From: a virus
IMG/VR virus record: IMGVR_UViG_3300047476_000982
Coordinates: 120,729 to 184,728 of that record
Direction: 5' to 3' (one strand)
Length of the DNA: 64,000 bases
The translations under genes and the position numbers were made by a program. The notes beneath the pieces are model-generated. The model was not told the DNA's origin. It saw only the letters and a list, made by a program, of their open reading frames with translations, and did no database searches. Numbering within the stretch: the stretch's first letter is position 1; every line of letters begins with the position of its first letter. Positions 9,405-19,517 of the stretch are shown in pieces.

Positions 9405-10175
9405 TTAGATTTTAAATAATTTTGAATTATTGATAGGATTATGATATGCATAAGTACCCCACTTATATTTAAAATATTCATGGCAACTCTGTTCCTTTTG
9501 AGTATTTTCAAGTACTTTCTGTTCAGATCTAGTTCCTATGGAAACAAAATGGTAGAAATGAGATTTATATGATCTAATCATTTTCATACCTGACATTTCA
9601 CATTTCATAAAAAATTCCCAATCTACTACCCAAGGACCCGGATAAGATTCGTCCCATCCTCCCACTCTTAAATAGTCTTTTTTAGATATTAATATAGGTA
9701 AAGTAGACCCTGATTCTTCTATCTTATTCTTACTTATTTCTTTTTCTTTATTAAAGAAATTATTTAAATCAAAAGTTAATGGATCCCTTCCTAAATTTTC
9801 TATATGAAACTGTCTGAACATACTTTGTATGGGTTCTATTTGATTAGGAGATACCACAAAATTAGGTTGATAAGAAGATTCTAAATTTATATCCCAGTTT
9901 TTAGGAAATACATTATCATCATTAACTATTAAAACTAAATCATTTGTAGCATTATATACTCCCATATTAGTGGCTCTACAAAGACCATAGTTACTTTCTA
10001 AATCTAAAACAGAGATATTGTTTTTATGTTTATCTAAAACTTTTTTATTTAGATCATAAAATCCATCAACAATAACTATTATTTCATTTTTATTGACTTG
10101 TCCTAATATTGCAGATGTTAAACATAAATCTAATACATCAGGTTCTTTATATGTCGGTATTATTACAGATATCAT
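9405..10175 (-). CDS. GT2 family glycosyltransferase
   Basis: ISVIIPTY, IIVIVDG, NDDNV (DxD), RVGGWDE...DWEF. Confidence 0.9.
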   Translation of the reverse strand: MISVIIPTYKEPDVLDLCLTSAILGQVNKNEIIVIVDGFYDLNKKVLDKHKNNISVLDLESNYGLCRATNMGVYNATNDLVLIVNDDNVFPKNWDINLESSYQPNFVVSPNQIEPIQSMFRQFHIENLGRDPLTFDLNNFFNKEKEISKNKIEESGSTLPILISKKDYLRVGGWDESYPGPWVVDWEFFMKCEMSGMKMIRSYKSHFYHFVSIGTRSEQKVLENTQKEQSCHEYFKYKWGTYAYHNPINNSKLFKI

Positions 10176-10851
10176 TCCAATTAATTAAAGGTGTTAACCA
10201 ATTTGTTTCACCATGGGTTGAGTATCCAGGTATTGGAGTTACTAAACTTTTTTGTTTACTCGCTAATTCTAAAAACATTTGGAAATCTTGAGGATAAGAT
10301 CCCCCTGTCCATTTTCTAAGTATAGATTCATCTTCTTTTAAAGTTTTAACTTTAGAAGCAAAAGTCATTGTTGTAGAATTAGTTATTTTCCAGTGACATG
10401 AATTAGAAAGCATGACTCTAGTTATTTCACCTCCTGATTCTACTAGAGGATTAGCTCCATCTATGTATTTATCTGGATGGTCGTATAGAGAAACGTAATC
10501 TGATCCTATGCCAAATCCTTCTAATAGCACCTTATCAGCATCTTTTTTATGAAGATAATCATTTTCTATAAAATATACTACTTCATTGTCATTAAAAGAA
10601 AGTGCTTTATCTAAAGCTAAATTAAAAGTACCTGCTCCATGTCCTATAGAAACTTTTATAATACAATTTTCTGGGATATACTTTAGTATCATTGAATACG
10701 TTTCATCTGAAACATTGTCAGCTATTACATGCCATGAGTGATTAATTGTTTTAAATATACTTGAGCAATTTTTTAAACAATTTTCATTGTTTATATAATT
10801 AGGTTTTACTTTATTATATCCTGTATCAGATATTCTATAAATTATATTCAT
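10147..10851 (-). CDS. GT-A-fold glycosyltransferase-like
   Basis: HVIADN, YFIENDYLH, STHGE. Confidence 0.7.
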   Translation of the reverse strand: MNIIYRISDTGYNKVKPNYINNENCLKNCSSIFKTINHSWHVIADNVSDETYSMILKYIPENCIIKVSIGHGAGTFNLALDKALSFNDNEVVYFIENDYLHKKDADKVLLEGFGIGSDYVSLYDHPDKYIDGANPLVESGGEITRVMLSNSCHWKITNSTTMTFASKVKTLKEDESILRKWTGGSYPQDFQMFLELASKQKSLVTPIPGYSTHGETNWLTPLINWNDICNNTDI

Positions 10852-11702
10852 ATTTTAAAATAATTAAATATTTTATCAAAGGCAAGTTTTGTTTCTTCTA
10901 TTTGATTTTTTTCTAAATTAAATAAATATTCTTTTAGTTTATGATTTGTTTCATTTGCGTACTTTAAATCATCTAAACCATAAGCTACTCCATATTTAAA
11001 TGCAGGTTGTTTTTCTAATAAGTCAGATTTTTTTAGATTTTTATATGGAACAACTATACTTTCACATCCACATAAAGAAGCTAATATATTAAGATATGTT
11101 TCTGTATCGTAACTATAAAATCTTTTACATCTATTGAATATATCAAGTAAGTATTCATCAGATACATTATATGGAATTTCTATACTATCTATAGGATGTA
11201 TTATATTTAAATTTTGTTTATCTTCACTTTTTTTTCTAAAAGTAAAACAAGATTCTATATCTCTGTCTTTATTTAAATTTATAAAATAATCTATTTTTGT
11301 ATGTAAAATATGTAGGAAGTTTGGTTCTTTTATTTTGTCATAAAACAAATCATGGAAGTACAACCAATAATCCTCAGATCCCCATGTTGCCATTGTATTT
11401 CCATGTTCTGGTAAATGGAACTTATTTAATATATACCTTATTACATTTTTAGATTGAAAAGGATTTCCACTTTCAATTTCAGGATAAATGACTATGTCAT
11501 TGTTTATATCAATTTCTGAGGCTATCTTGGTATTAAAATCAGGATTTAATACAAAATATTCAGTCTGACCGTTTAATTTTATTGTTGTAGTTAATGATGC
11601 ATCATAATTTAATTCATTTAAAATATGACATAACTTATGTAAAACAACCGCGCCTCCTATTGATGGATTATAAGAAGGAGCACATATTATAATTTGGGGC
11701 AT
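10848..11702 (-). CDS. GT-B-like glycosyltransferase (WavQ-like)
   Basis: GGAVVLHKLCHIL, VIYPEI, YSYDTETYL...ASLCGC. Confidence 0.55.
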   Translation of the reverse strand: MPQIIICAPSYNPSIGGAVVLHKLCHILNELNYDASLTTTIKLNGQTEYFVLNPDFNTKIASEIDINNDIVIYPEIESGNPFQSKNVIRYILNKFHLPEHGNTMATWGSEDYWLYFHDLFYDKIKEPNFLHILHTKIDYFINLNKDRDIESCFTFRKKSEDKQNLNIIHPIDSIEIPYNVSDEYLLDIFNRCKRFYSYDTETYLNILASLCGCESIVVPYKNLKKSDLLEKQPAFKYGVAYGLDDLKYANETNHKLKEYLFNLEKNQIEETKLAFDKIFNYFKI

Positions 11703-12487
11703 TAATCTTGATCTTTTTTATAAAATCTATTTTCAGAAGGCTGATACCATTCATCTAAAGATGCAGGAACTCTTGAATGATATCCTAACAATTGTTGCAT
11801 TTCATTTGAGAATTCATTAATTTTATCGTATCCTATTGCTCTTGGATAGTCTAACAATTGTTTCATAAAAGACTTACTTAATGTAATAGGAACAGCTCTT
11901 CTATCTTTATCTGTTTTATTTGGTGCTGATGCATGCCAAACATTAGCATCAAAAATTAAAATGTCTCCTCTATTTCCTATAGCTTGAATAGCAGAATTAA
12001 AAAATTCTTCATCAGAAGGTTTTGCTTCATTTAAATGAGATCCTGGTAGTAGATAGGTTCCTCCATTATCTAAAGTAAACTCATCTACCATTATCAAACA
12101 ATTTATCATAATAGGTAAATTTCCAGAATAGAATCTTAAGTCTCTATGCACTTTAGATGAAAAATTAGGTTTGTTTGGTATATTATTAAGAGCGCTTAAA
12201 GAATTTAAAATACATTTACTATTAAAATAATTTTGTTGTAAATTAGTAATGAATCCTTGCAATTGTAAAAATTCAAGTAGTTCTATAAAAACATTATCAC
12301 TTAATAATGCATGTAGTGCAACACCATCTGTAATTACATCACTATTATTTTTTATCTGTATTTTTTTATGCTCTATAAATGTTTTGTCTATAGAATCTGA
12401 TATTCTATTTAATAAATCATTTGGAACTATATTTTTTAATACTACATAACCTTCTTTCTTTAACTTTTCTATTTCTTTAATATCCAT
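11702..12487 (-). CDS. PhyH-family 2OG-Fe(II) dioxygenase
   Basis: EGYVVLKN, HRD (HxD), NGGTYLLPGSH, WHAS..N...R. Confidence 0.9.
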   Translation of the reverse strand: MDIKEIEKLKKEGYVVLKNIVPNDLLNRISDSIDKTFIEHKKIQIKNNSDVITDGVALHALLSDNVFIELLEFLQLQGFITNLQQNYFNSKCILNSLSALNNIPNKPNFSSKVHRDLRFYSGNLPIMINCLIMVDEFTLDNGGTYLLPGSHLNEAKPSDEEFFNSAIQAIGNRGDILIFDANVWHASAPNKTDKDRRAVPITLSKSFMKQLLDYPRAIGYDKINEFSNEMQQLLGYHSRVPASLDEWYQPSENRFYKKDQD

Positions 12488-12493
12488 ATTTTA

Positions 12494-13159
12494 TTATTTT
12501 AAAAATCTTTCTCCTTCATTTCTAGTTCTAATAATTTTTGCCGGATTTCCATAAGCTAAAACATTACTAGGTAAAGATTTAGTAACTAGACTACCTGATC
12601 CAACTACCGTATTTTCTCCTATTTCTAATCTATCAATTATTGTAACACCTAAAGTTACCGCAGAAAATTTACCCAACTTAACAAACCCTCCAGTTATTGA
12701 TCCTGCCGATATGCTTGAGAACTCTTCTATAATACAATCGTGTTCTACTTGTGCACCTGTTGCAAAAAAAGTAAAATCTCCTATAAAAGATTTAGGATTA
12801 AAAATACATCCAGCCATAGCAACAACTCCTATTCCTAATTTAACATTATTGCCTATAATAACAGAAGGATGAATAGCATTAAAAAATTGAAATTCAGGAA
12901 CTATTTCTTTTACTTGTGAATAAACATAATATCTACTCCAATTATCTCCTATAGAAATAACTCCTCCATCTATAGAATATTTTTCAATTAATTCTTTTAT
13001 ATTTTCTTGTCTGCCTAATACAGGATATCCAAATCTAATACTACCAATCTCTTGAATTGAATCTATTATGCCTACTATATTATATTTATTTTCTTTTTCA
13101 ATAATATCTATAGTATAATGAGCTTGATTTCCTCCACCTAATAAAACTATATTTTTCAT
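12494..13159 (-). CDS. NeuD/PglD-like hexapeptide-repeat sugar acetyltransferase
   Basis: GGGNQA N-domain, IHPS, EHDC, left-handed beta-helix repeats, YGNPAK. Confidence 0.9.
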   Translation of the reverse strand: MKNIVLLGGGNQAHYTIDIIEKENKYNIVGIIDSIQEIGSIRFGYPVLGRQENIKELIEKYSIDGGVISIGDNWSRYYVYSQVKEIVPEFQFFNAIHPSVIIGNNVKLGIGVVAMAGCIFNPKSFIGDFTFFATGAQVEHDCIIEEFSSISAGSITGGFVKLGKFSAVTLGVTIIDRLEIGENTVVGSGSLVTKSLPSNVLAYGNPAKIIRTRNEGERFLK

Positions 13160-13785
13160 TTTTTATATATTTCAAATTTAGATAAGTCTGGATAAGGTAA
13201 CTCTAGATCTTCATTTTTTTTCTTAGATCCATCTGTATTATAAAACTGATTCATTAACAATAATCCTCTAGCAGCTAATTCTGGCATCATATAAAAATTC
13301 CACCCTAACATATCAAAATGATCATCATGATAAGAACACTCTCTTCTTCCGCTATACCTAGCTCTTTTAAACCATAAGTAAGCTTCATGATCATCTGTTA
13401 AAATTGCACCACCTTTACTTAGTTTAAAATGTTTATAAGGACCTGTAAAAGATATACACATATGAGTATTAGGTTTATACATATCACCTGAGAAGCTGAG
13501 AGCTGAATCCCATACTTTTGTCGGTTCTAATTGATAAGCCCCTTTTAAAGTTTTTCCATTAATTTTTTTAAATTTTACTTTTGCTCCTGCATGAATAATT
13601 TCACAAGGTACTGATGGGTAAGTTCTATTTGGTATTGTAATTTCTAAATCTTTGACACCTTCATACATTAAAGATAAAAATAGTGCATTAGATTGATTAT
13701 CTACAGTAACAACATACGGAGCGCCGGTATATTCTGATAATGCTTTTTCAAACTCTTCAGTTATTTTGTAAATTCCATTCGCCAT
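13156..13785 (-). CDS. short DegT/DnrJ/EryC1/StrS-like aminotransferase (209 aa)
   Basis: FEKAL, DSAL, SFTGPYKHFKLSKGGAI, GWNFYM. Confidence 0.75.
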   Translation of the reverse strand: MANGIYKITEEFEKALSEYTGAPYVVTVDNQSNALFLSLMYEGVKDLEITIPNRTYPSVPCEIIHAGAKVKFKKINGKTLKGAYQLEPTKVWDSALSFSGDMYKPNTHMCISFTGPYKHFKLSKGGAILTDDHEAYLWFKRARYSGRRECSYHDDHFDMLGWNFYMMPELAARGLLLMNQFYNTDGSKKKNEDLELPYPDLSKFEIYKK

Positions 13786-13810
13786 ATAATTGTAATTTAT
13801 AAAAAGTTTT

Positions 13811-14710
13811 TTACAATAAACTATAATTCTTATAAGTAATAGAGTCTAAATAATCAGATCCTAAATTTCCAGTTGAAGGAGTACATATAACTTTTGAATA
13901 TCTACAGACTGCATCATTAACTCCGCTTTGATATCCTATATTTACTAACGCCTTTGTTTTAATATAAAGTTGAATTCTTATAGGAAGATTTAGATCTTTA
14001 AAATCTATGTACTTTATATGTTTAAATATAGTTTCTTTTATTGGTTTTGAACCATAATAAAAGTAAGTCAAATCAGAAAAACTATTTACTTCTTCTAATA
14101 AAATTTTATTAACTTCTTCAGGATAAAATTCTTTTACAGTATTAGTCAATAATAGTGTTCCAAATTTTTTATCTTCTGAATATTTTTCTATAATGTTATT
14201 TCCTTGAATAATTTCTTCTTGAGAAAAATATAACTCTGGCAAATAGTCTGATATTTCATCTTCTTTAAATTGCCAAAATTTTAGCATCTGTTTTATCAAA
14301 GGTTCTTGAAAGTTTTCTGGATTATATATTCTGTAGTGATCATGGAAAACTTCATCTTCTATACTATCTATAAAACTATCTATATAAGGATTATTTTTAA
14401 ATACTAAATTTGCACTTTCAAAAGGATTTTTCCAATGATTCCAATTATTAAATCCTCTAAACATATTTTCTATTAACTTAGAAGATGGTATAAAAACTTT
14501 ACAATCTGGATATTTTAATTTTAGCAATCTTGGAAATGCTGAAATAATTGCCCAGTCTCCTATAGAGTGGCAAGTTCTATATATTATAAATTTTTTACTA
14601 TTTAAATATTCATCTGGTATATAAGATGGGTCATGAGTTGGGAATCCTAATAAGTCCGTTTCAAATACTGGGGTTAAATTATTATTGTATATCCTCCAAA
14701 ATATTGCCAT
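13811..14710 (-). CDS. GT9-like (heptosyltransferase-like) glycosyltransferase
   Basis: SIGDWAIISAFPRLLKLKYPD...NNPYID; IGYQSG. Confidence 0.65.
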   Translation of the reverse strand: MAIFWRIYNNNLTPVFETDLLGFPTHDPSYIPDEYLNSKKFIIYRTCHSIGDWAIISAFPRLLKLKYPDCKVFIPSSKLIENMFRGFNNWNHWKNPFESANLVFKNNPYIDSFIDSIEDEVFHDHYRIYNPENFQEPLIKQMLKFWQFKEDEISDYLPELYFSQEEIIQGNNIIEKYSEDKKFGTLLLTNTVKEFYPEEVNKILLEEVNSFSDLTYFYYGSKPIKETIFKHIKYIDFKDLNLPIRIQLYIKTKALVNIGYQSGVNDAVCRYSKVICTPSTGNLGSDYLDSITYKNYSLL

Positions 14711-15191
14711 AATATTCTTTTTTTAATATAGACATTACTATAGAATCTATATAATATCCATTTTTATTTACTTCCTCTCTTTTAATTCCTTCTTGAACAA
14801 ATCCTAATTTTTTATATAAAGATATAGCAATTTCATTATTTGAAAGAACCTCTAAACTAATTTTATTTAAATTATATTCTTTAAATATAAAAGGAATAAA
14901 CTTTTTATATGATTCTTTACCGTATCCCAATCCTTTAAATTCAGGAGATATATCTGCTCCTATATAAATGTTATTATTAGATTTTGAATAATTAGATAAT
15001 CTAAAGTAACCTATTTTTTTATCTTGATCAAAAATAATCCAAAAGTCAGGATTTGTTTTAGAAAACCATTCAAATGCTTGATAGTTAGTAAATGTTCTAC
15101 TATCATGTAAAAATTCTTTAGCATATTGATTTCTAATACTATTTACAAATATTACATCTTGACTAGTAATTTTTTTGAATTGTAAATTCAT
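14682..15191 (-). CDS. GNAT N-acetyltransferase (PseH/RimJ-like)
   Basis: GLGYGK, LEVLSNNEIAISLYKKLGFVQEG. Confidence 0.85.
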   Translation of the reverse strand: MNLQFKKITSQDVIFVNSIRNQYAKEFLHDSRTFTNYQAFEWFSKTNPDFWIIFDQDKKIGYFRLSNYSKSNNNIYIGADISPEFKGLGYGKESYKKFIPFIFKEYNLNKISLEVLSNNEIAISLYKKLGFVQEGIKREEVNKNGYYIDSIVMSILKKEYYGNILEDIQ

Positions 15192-15192
15192 A

Positions 15193-16383
15193 CTACCAAC
15201 CTTTTTTAATACAATCTACTATATATTCTCTATCTTCATTACTTACCCACCAACCTACTGGTATTGATACAACTTTTCCTATTGTTTTTTCTAGAGTTGG
15301 TAAGTTGCATCTATATTCATTTACGCAAGTGTGTTTGTCATTTCTTTCATGTACTTGAGATACTATTATACCACACTCTTTCATATGTTTATAAAAACCG
15401 TCTCTATTTTCAACTAGCATACTGTATATCCAAAATGCTGAATTGTGGTCAGGATGTCTTTCTAATAAAGTTAATCCTGGTACATTCTTTAGATTATTAT
15501 CGTAATGGCTAGCATTACTTCTATGTTTAGATATTATTGAATCAGCATGTTTTAGGTTTTCTATTCCAACAGTTGCACATACATCATTCATATGAAATTT
15601 AAATCCCCATTCTAATATATCTGCTTCGCATCTAAAATCTTTTCTATTTCCTTCTCTGTCTATTCCATACCATCTAATCAATTTTGCTCTATTATAAAGT
15701 TCTTGATATGGCAGTATTAAAATTCCTCCATCAATAGAAGTTATATGTTTTATTGCTTGCAGAGAATGCATTACAATATTTCCATGATTGCCTAATTTTT
15801 TACCTTTATACTCAGTTCCAAAAGAGTGGGCACCATCTTCTATGATAGCTGGTTTAAATCCATATAGATTAAAAGCTTTATTTTGAATTTCTTTTAATCT
15901 ATCTAAATTAATAGGATATCCTCCCCAATGTACAGCCATTATTATTTTTGTTTTAGGAGTTATTTTTCTTTCAAGATCATCTAAGTCTATGTTAAGAGTT
16001 TTTGGATCTATATCAACCCACTTTATTTTTAGATTATTTGATAGAATCGGCCAATTTGTAGCAGTACATGTAAGAGAGGTGGTTAATACTTCATCACCGT
16101 CTTCTAATCCAGGCCAATTAGATTCTAATACAGAATATCCATCAGCTCCTACTATTGTATTTTTTTTATTTTTTAATAGATGTATAGCTAAATGTAAACC
16201 AGAAGTTCCTGAATTTAAAGTTACCACTCTATCATTATTTATGTAGTCCTTTAAATGATTTTCAAATTCATCTACTTTTTTACCTTGCCCTATATATCCA
16301 CTATTCAAAATTGTTTTTACTTCATCTCCAGCAGTTGGGGACATATAAACTTTAAATAGATCTATGTTTTTATTTATTTTCAT
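15193..16383 (-). CDS. DegT/DnrJ/EryC1/StrS PLP-dependent sugar aminotransferase
   Basis: NSGTSGLHLA, VHWGG, IEDGAHSFG, SLQAIKHITSIDGG, GFKFHMND. Confidence 0.92.
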   Translation of the reverse strand: MKINKNIDLFKVYMSPTAGDEVKTILNSGYIGQGKKVDEFENHLKDYINNDRVVTLNSGTSGLHLAIHLLKNKKNTIVGADGYSVLESNWPGLEDGDEVLTTSLTCTATNWPILSNNLKIKWVDIDPKTLNIDLDDLERKITPKTKIIMAVHWGGYPINLDRLKEIQNKAFNLYGFKPAIIEDGAHSFGTEYKGKKLGNHGNIVMHSLQAIKHITSIDGGILILPYQELYNRAKLIRWYGIDREGNRKDFRCEADILEWGFKFHMNDVCATVGIENLKHADSIISKHRSNASHYDNNLKNVPGLTLLERHPDHNSAFWIYSMLVENRDGFYKHMKECGIIVSQVHERNDKHTCVNEYRCNLPTLEKTIGKVVSIPVGWWVSNEDREYIVDCIKKGW

Positions 16384-16397
16384 ATTTGGTTATTTTA

Positions 16398-17270
16398 TTA
16401 ATTCCATTCAGAAATTTTGTTTTCTATAAAATCTAACATTTGTTTTGGTTTAGTATGTCCAAAGTAATGAAGAACTTTTGATTTTTCCTGTACTTTAAGA
16501 TCTAGATAAGAAGGATAAAAATAATATTCATCGGTATTTAAAAGAACATAATTAGTACTAAACATTCTATTTAATAAAGAATGAAAAGATTGTTCTTGTG
16601 TGTCTATTAAAGTTCTAGTAAATCCAGTTTTTTCAGATCCATCTAAATTATATATTCCAGAAAAATCAAAGCAATTTAATAATTCAATAAATGTTGAAGG
16701 ATTCATAAAATTATCAAACATTTTTAAATTCATTCCCTGAAATCCAGCATTAATACCAAAATTAAAATAAGGAACTAGGTTTCTTAAGTCTGATTGGAAC
16801 AATGAGCTTAGGCTATTTAATAGTGCTTTATCACAATTTGGATTAGCAGGTTCATGTATTCCAAAAGGTATTTTATTTTTTATACATTTATCTAAATCTT
16901 TTAGATCTTTTGAATTAAATATTATATCATACTCGTATGCTAATGCGTAATCAAATCTTAAAACTCTTCTTAAATAATGAAATATTATTATATGGTAAAA
17001 ATGAACAAAATTAGGAATTTTAGATTCAAATTGTTCATCTATATATCCGCACTGCTTTCCATAATCTATCATGTCTTTAGTAGAATACCATGTTATACTT
17101 GTAGGTAATTCTTTTATTTTGGCAGTCCATTCATCTTCATAATCAAAAGAATGAAGTATTATATGCAAATCAAATTTTATATTAGGAAAAGATTCTAATA
17201 ATTGCTTAATACAAAAATACTCTAATTTTCCTTTCTTATGCCACAATCTAGCTACTGGTATGGTATTCAT
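16398..17270 (-). CDS. GT-A (GT8-like) glycosyltransferase
   Basis: YEYDIIF, INAGF, QEQS, LHYFG..KP. Confidence 0.6.
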   Translation of the reverse strand: MNTIPVARLWHKKGKLEYFCIKQLLESFPNIKFDLHIILHSFDYEDEWTAKIKELPTSITWYSTKDMIDYGKQCGYIDEQFESKIPNFVHFYHIIIFHYLRRVLRFDYALAYEYDIIFNSKDLKDLDKCIKNKIPFGIHEPANPNCDKALLNSLSSLFQSDLRNLVPYFNFGINAGFQGMNLKMFDNFMNPSTFIELLNCFDFSGIYNLDGSEKTGFTRTLIDTQEQSFHSLLNRMFSTNYVLLNTDEYYFYPSYLDLKVQEKSKVLHYFGHTKPKQMLDFIENKISEWN

Positions 17271-18151
17271 TTGTAATATTCATTTAGATATTCTATTAGG
17301 CAAACTTTCCAATTTCTCATATAATTTTTATTTAAATCATTTAGAGATTTGTTAATTAGTTTTTCTGAATATGGTCTTGGTGCAAAATATTCATTTTTAA
17401 AATGATCACTAGATACTTTATTTATTTTTAAACCTAAATTTAAATATTCATTAATTGCTAATGCTGTTTCATATCTACTAGCTTCTCCATTACTAACCAT
17501 ATTATAAAGTCCATAAGGAAGTTCTTCTTCTATATGTTTTATAATTGAAGATGCAAAATCTTTTGTATAAGTAGGAACTCCTAATTTATCATCTACTACA
17601 AATAATTCTTTAGCTCCTGAATTTATTTGTTTCATTAACTTATTAACAAATTTTTTATCTTTATCAGGTCCTCCACCCATCATCCAACCTGCTCTAAATA
17701 TCCAGTATTTTTCATAGCTTTGATTTTGTATAATTTGCTCAGTGTAGTATTTACTTTTTCCATACGCACTTAAAGGATACGGTGTATCTTCTTCTGTATA
17801 AAATTCTTTATCATTTCCAAATATACCTGCGGTACTTATAAAAACATAAGGAATATTTCTATCTTTAGCTAGATTAAACAAATGTAAAGCAGAAATTGTA
17901 TTTGTCAAATAACAATCATCTTTTTCTTTTTCACAATATTCTAAATCTACTAATGCGGCAAAATTTAAAATAATATCAGGATTATATTTTTCTACTATCT
18001 CATTACAACTTTTTATGTCTCTTATATCACAATATACTTCTGATTCTTCTTTGTCTGTAATTATTAATTCGTAGTTATCATTTATTTTTTGTAGTGTAGT
18101 TCCTAACATCCCACTTCCTCCAAATACTAATATCTTATTATATTTTTTCAT
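17267..18151 (-). CDS. rmlD: dTDP-4-dehydrorhamnose reductase-like SDR
   Basis: GGSGMLG, NFAALVD, ISTAGIF, YGKSK, VVDDKLGVPT, APRP. Confidence 0.85.
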   Translation of the reverse strand: MKKYNKILVFGGSGMLGTTLQKINDNYELIITDKEESEVYCDIRDIKSCNEIVEKYNPDIILNFAALVDLEYCEKEKDDCYLTNTISALHLFNLAKDRNIPYVFISTAGIFGNDKEFYTEEDTPYPLSAYGKSKYYTEQIIQNQSYEKYWIFRAGWMMGGGPDKDKKFVNKLMKQINSGAKELFVVDDKLGVPTYTKDFASSIIKHIEEELPYGLYNMVSNGEASRYETALAINEYLNLGLKINKVSSDHFKNEYFAPRPYSEKLINKSLNDLNKNYMRNWKVCLIEYLNEYYK

Positions 18152-18152
18152 T

Positions 18153-18752
18153 TTATATAGTGTTATAAAAGTTATTTTGTTTTTCTTGTCGTACTATATC
18201 TTTAGGATGAAATAAACAGTATTCTTCCATTTGTGGCAATGCTGAGTATGTTTCAAATCCATCTAAGCGTTCATGTACTTTATTTATCCACTTAATCTTA
18301 CTATTGTTTTTCCATATTCTCCATTGATAATCAGGGAAGTTAATCCATCCTTTATCATTAATATTCCAACGCCAATTGCCAATGTGTTGCGCAGTTAGTC
18401 CTTCAACTGTATTAATCCTAGGTATTAAAAGTACATCAATTGTTTGATTGTATTCTAATATATCTCCCAAGTTAGTAATTAAATGTGCGTGAGGATATTC
18501 ATCTGCATCTATTTGAAAGATATAATCTTTAGTACAATACTTACTAAGATTATTTTTAAATGATGCAAAGTCTTTATTAAGAGGAAACTCTATGTAGTCT
18601 TTAGCAATTTGTCTCACCTCCTCAGTCGCATTAGAGTCTAATTGGACCACGATTTGATCTTCTTGACGTATATTATTAGTCAATAATTCTAATAAGAATG
18701 ATAATTCTCTGTGCTCGTTACAAGCGGTTATAGCATAACTAATTGATGGCAT
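18153..18752 (-). CDS. GT2 family glycosyltransferase
   Basis: ISYAITACNE, IFQIDADE, VHE. Confidence 0.85.
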   Translation of the reverse strand: MPSISYAITACNEHRELSFLLELLTNNIRQEDQIVVQLDSNATEEVRQIAKDYIEFPLNKDFASFKNNLSKYCTKDYIFQIDADEYPHAHLITNLGDILEYNQTIDVLLIPRINTVEGLTAQHIGNWRWNINDKGWINFPDYQWRIWKNNSKIKWINKVHERLDGFETYSALPQMEEYCLFHPKDIVRQEKQNNFYNTI

Positions 18753-18757
18753 AACAT

Positions 18758-19204
18758 TTATTTTATATCAAAGAAGCCGATATAGTCACAGGCTTCAAAA
18801 TAATCTTTACCAAAACTTTTTAGTGTCTTAGAATCTGATTTGTACTTTTTTCCTTTGAACTTAGGTTGTTCTTTTTCTTCTTTAGTAAGTTTTACACTTT
18901 TAATAGAACTCCATTCCCATTCATCTTTTGAAGTACCATTAGCAAATACAGTTCCTTTACCTTCTACATTAATTATATTAGGATACCAAACCCTTCCTTC
19001 TTCATCAACTTCTTTTATATCTTTATAAAGTTCTGGAAGTTCATTCTCATATTCTTCAAAGTTAAATTCAGCTTCACGCATTAAATCATTTGTTTGAAAA
19101 CCACAAGATAGACAAACATAAGCTTTGTGAAATTCATTTACAGGCTGAGTGTAGCACGATTCAGGTGCTTTACATTTTGGACATGCTATTAAATTATCAG
19201 TCAT
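18758..19204 (-). CDS. zinc-ribbon protein
   Basis: CPKC...CLSCGF. Confidence 0.6.
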   Translation of the reverse strand: MTDNLIACPKCKAPESCYTQPVNEFHKAYVCLSCGFQTNDLMREAEFNFEEYENELPELYKDIKEVDEEGRVWYPNIINVEGKGTVFANGTSKDEWEWSSIKSVKLTKEEKEQPKFKGKKYKSDSKTLKSFGKDYFEACDYIGFFDIK

Positions 19205-19517
19205 TGAGTTGTTGTTTAGTTGTGTAAGTAATACTTGTTCCAGGAGGTAGGTTTGTTAAATCAAATCTAGTAGTACCTGTTTGACCTAGAGTAGTGAATA
19301 TTTGACTACTAGATGAAGCAAAGGATACGCTACCTGTAAGAGGCATTGTGACAGATAGCGGACTTCTTATATAACGAGGAGTTAATTCTTCAATAGAATT
19401 ATCACTTACTTCATCTAAAACTTCTTTTATTCTATCCCACTGTTCAGGTGTAGCAGTGAAGTCATTACATGCTTCTGTAAAACCTTTTAACCATATTACA
19501 AATTCACTTGATGTCAT
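19197..19517 (-). CDS. hypothetical protein, S/T-rich C-terminus
   Basis: ORF track. Confidence 0.55.
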   Translation of the reverse strand: MTSSEFVIWLKGFTEACNDFTATPEQWDRIKEVLDEVSDNSIEELTPRYIRSPLSVTMPLTGSVSFASSSSQIFTTLGQTGTTRFDLTNLPPGTSITYTTKQQLND

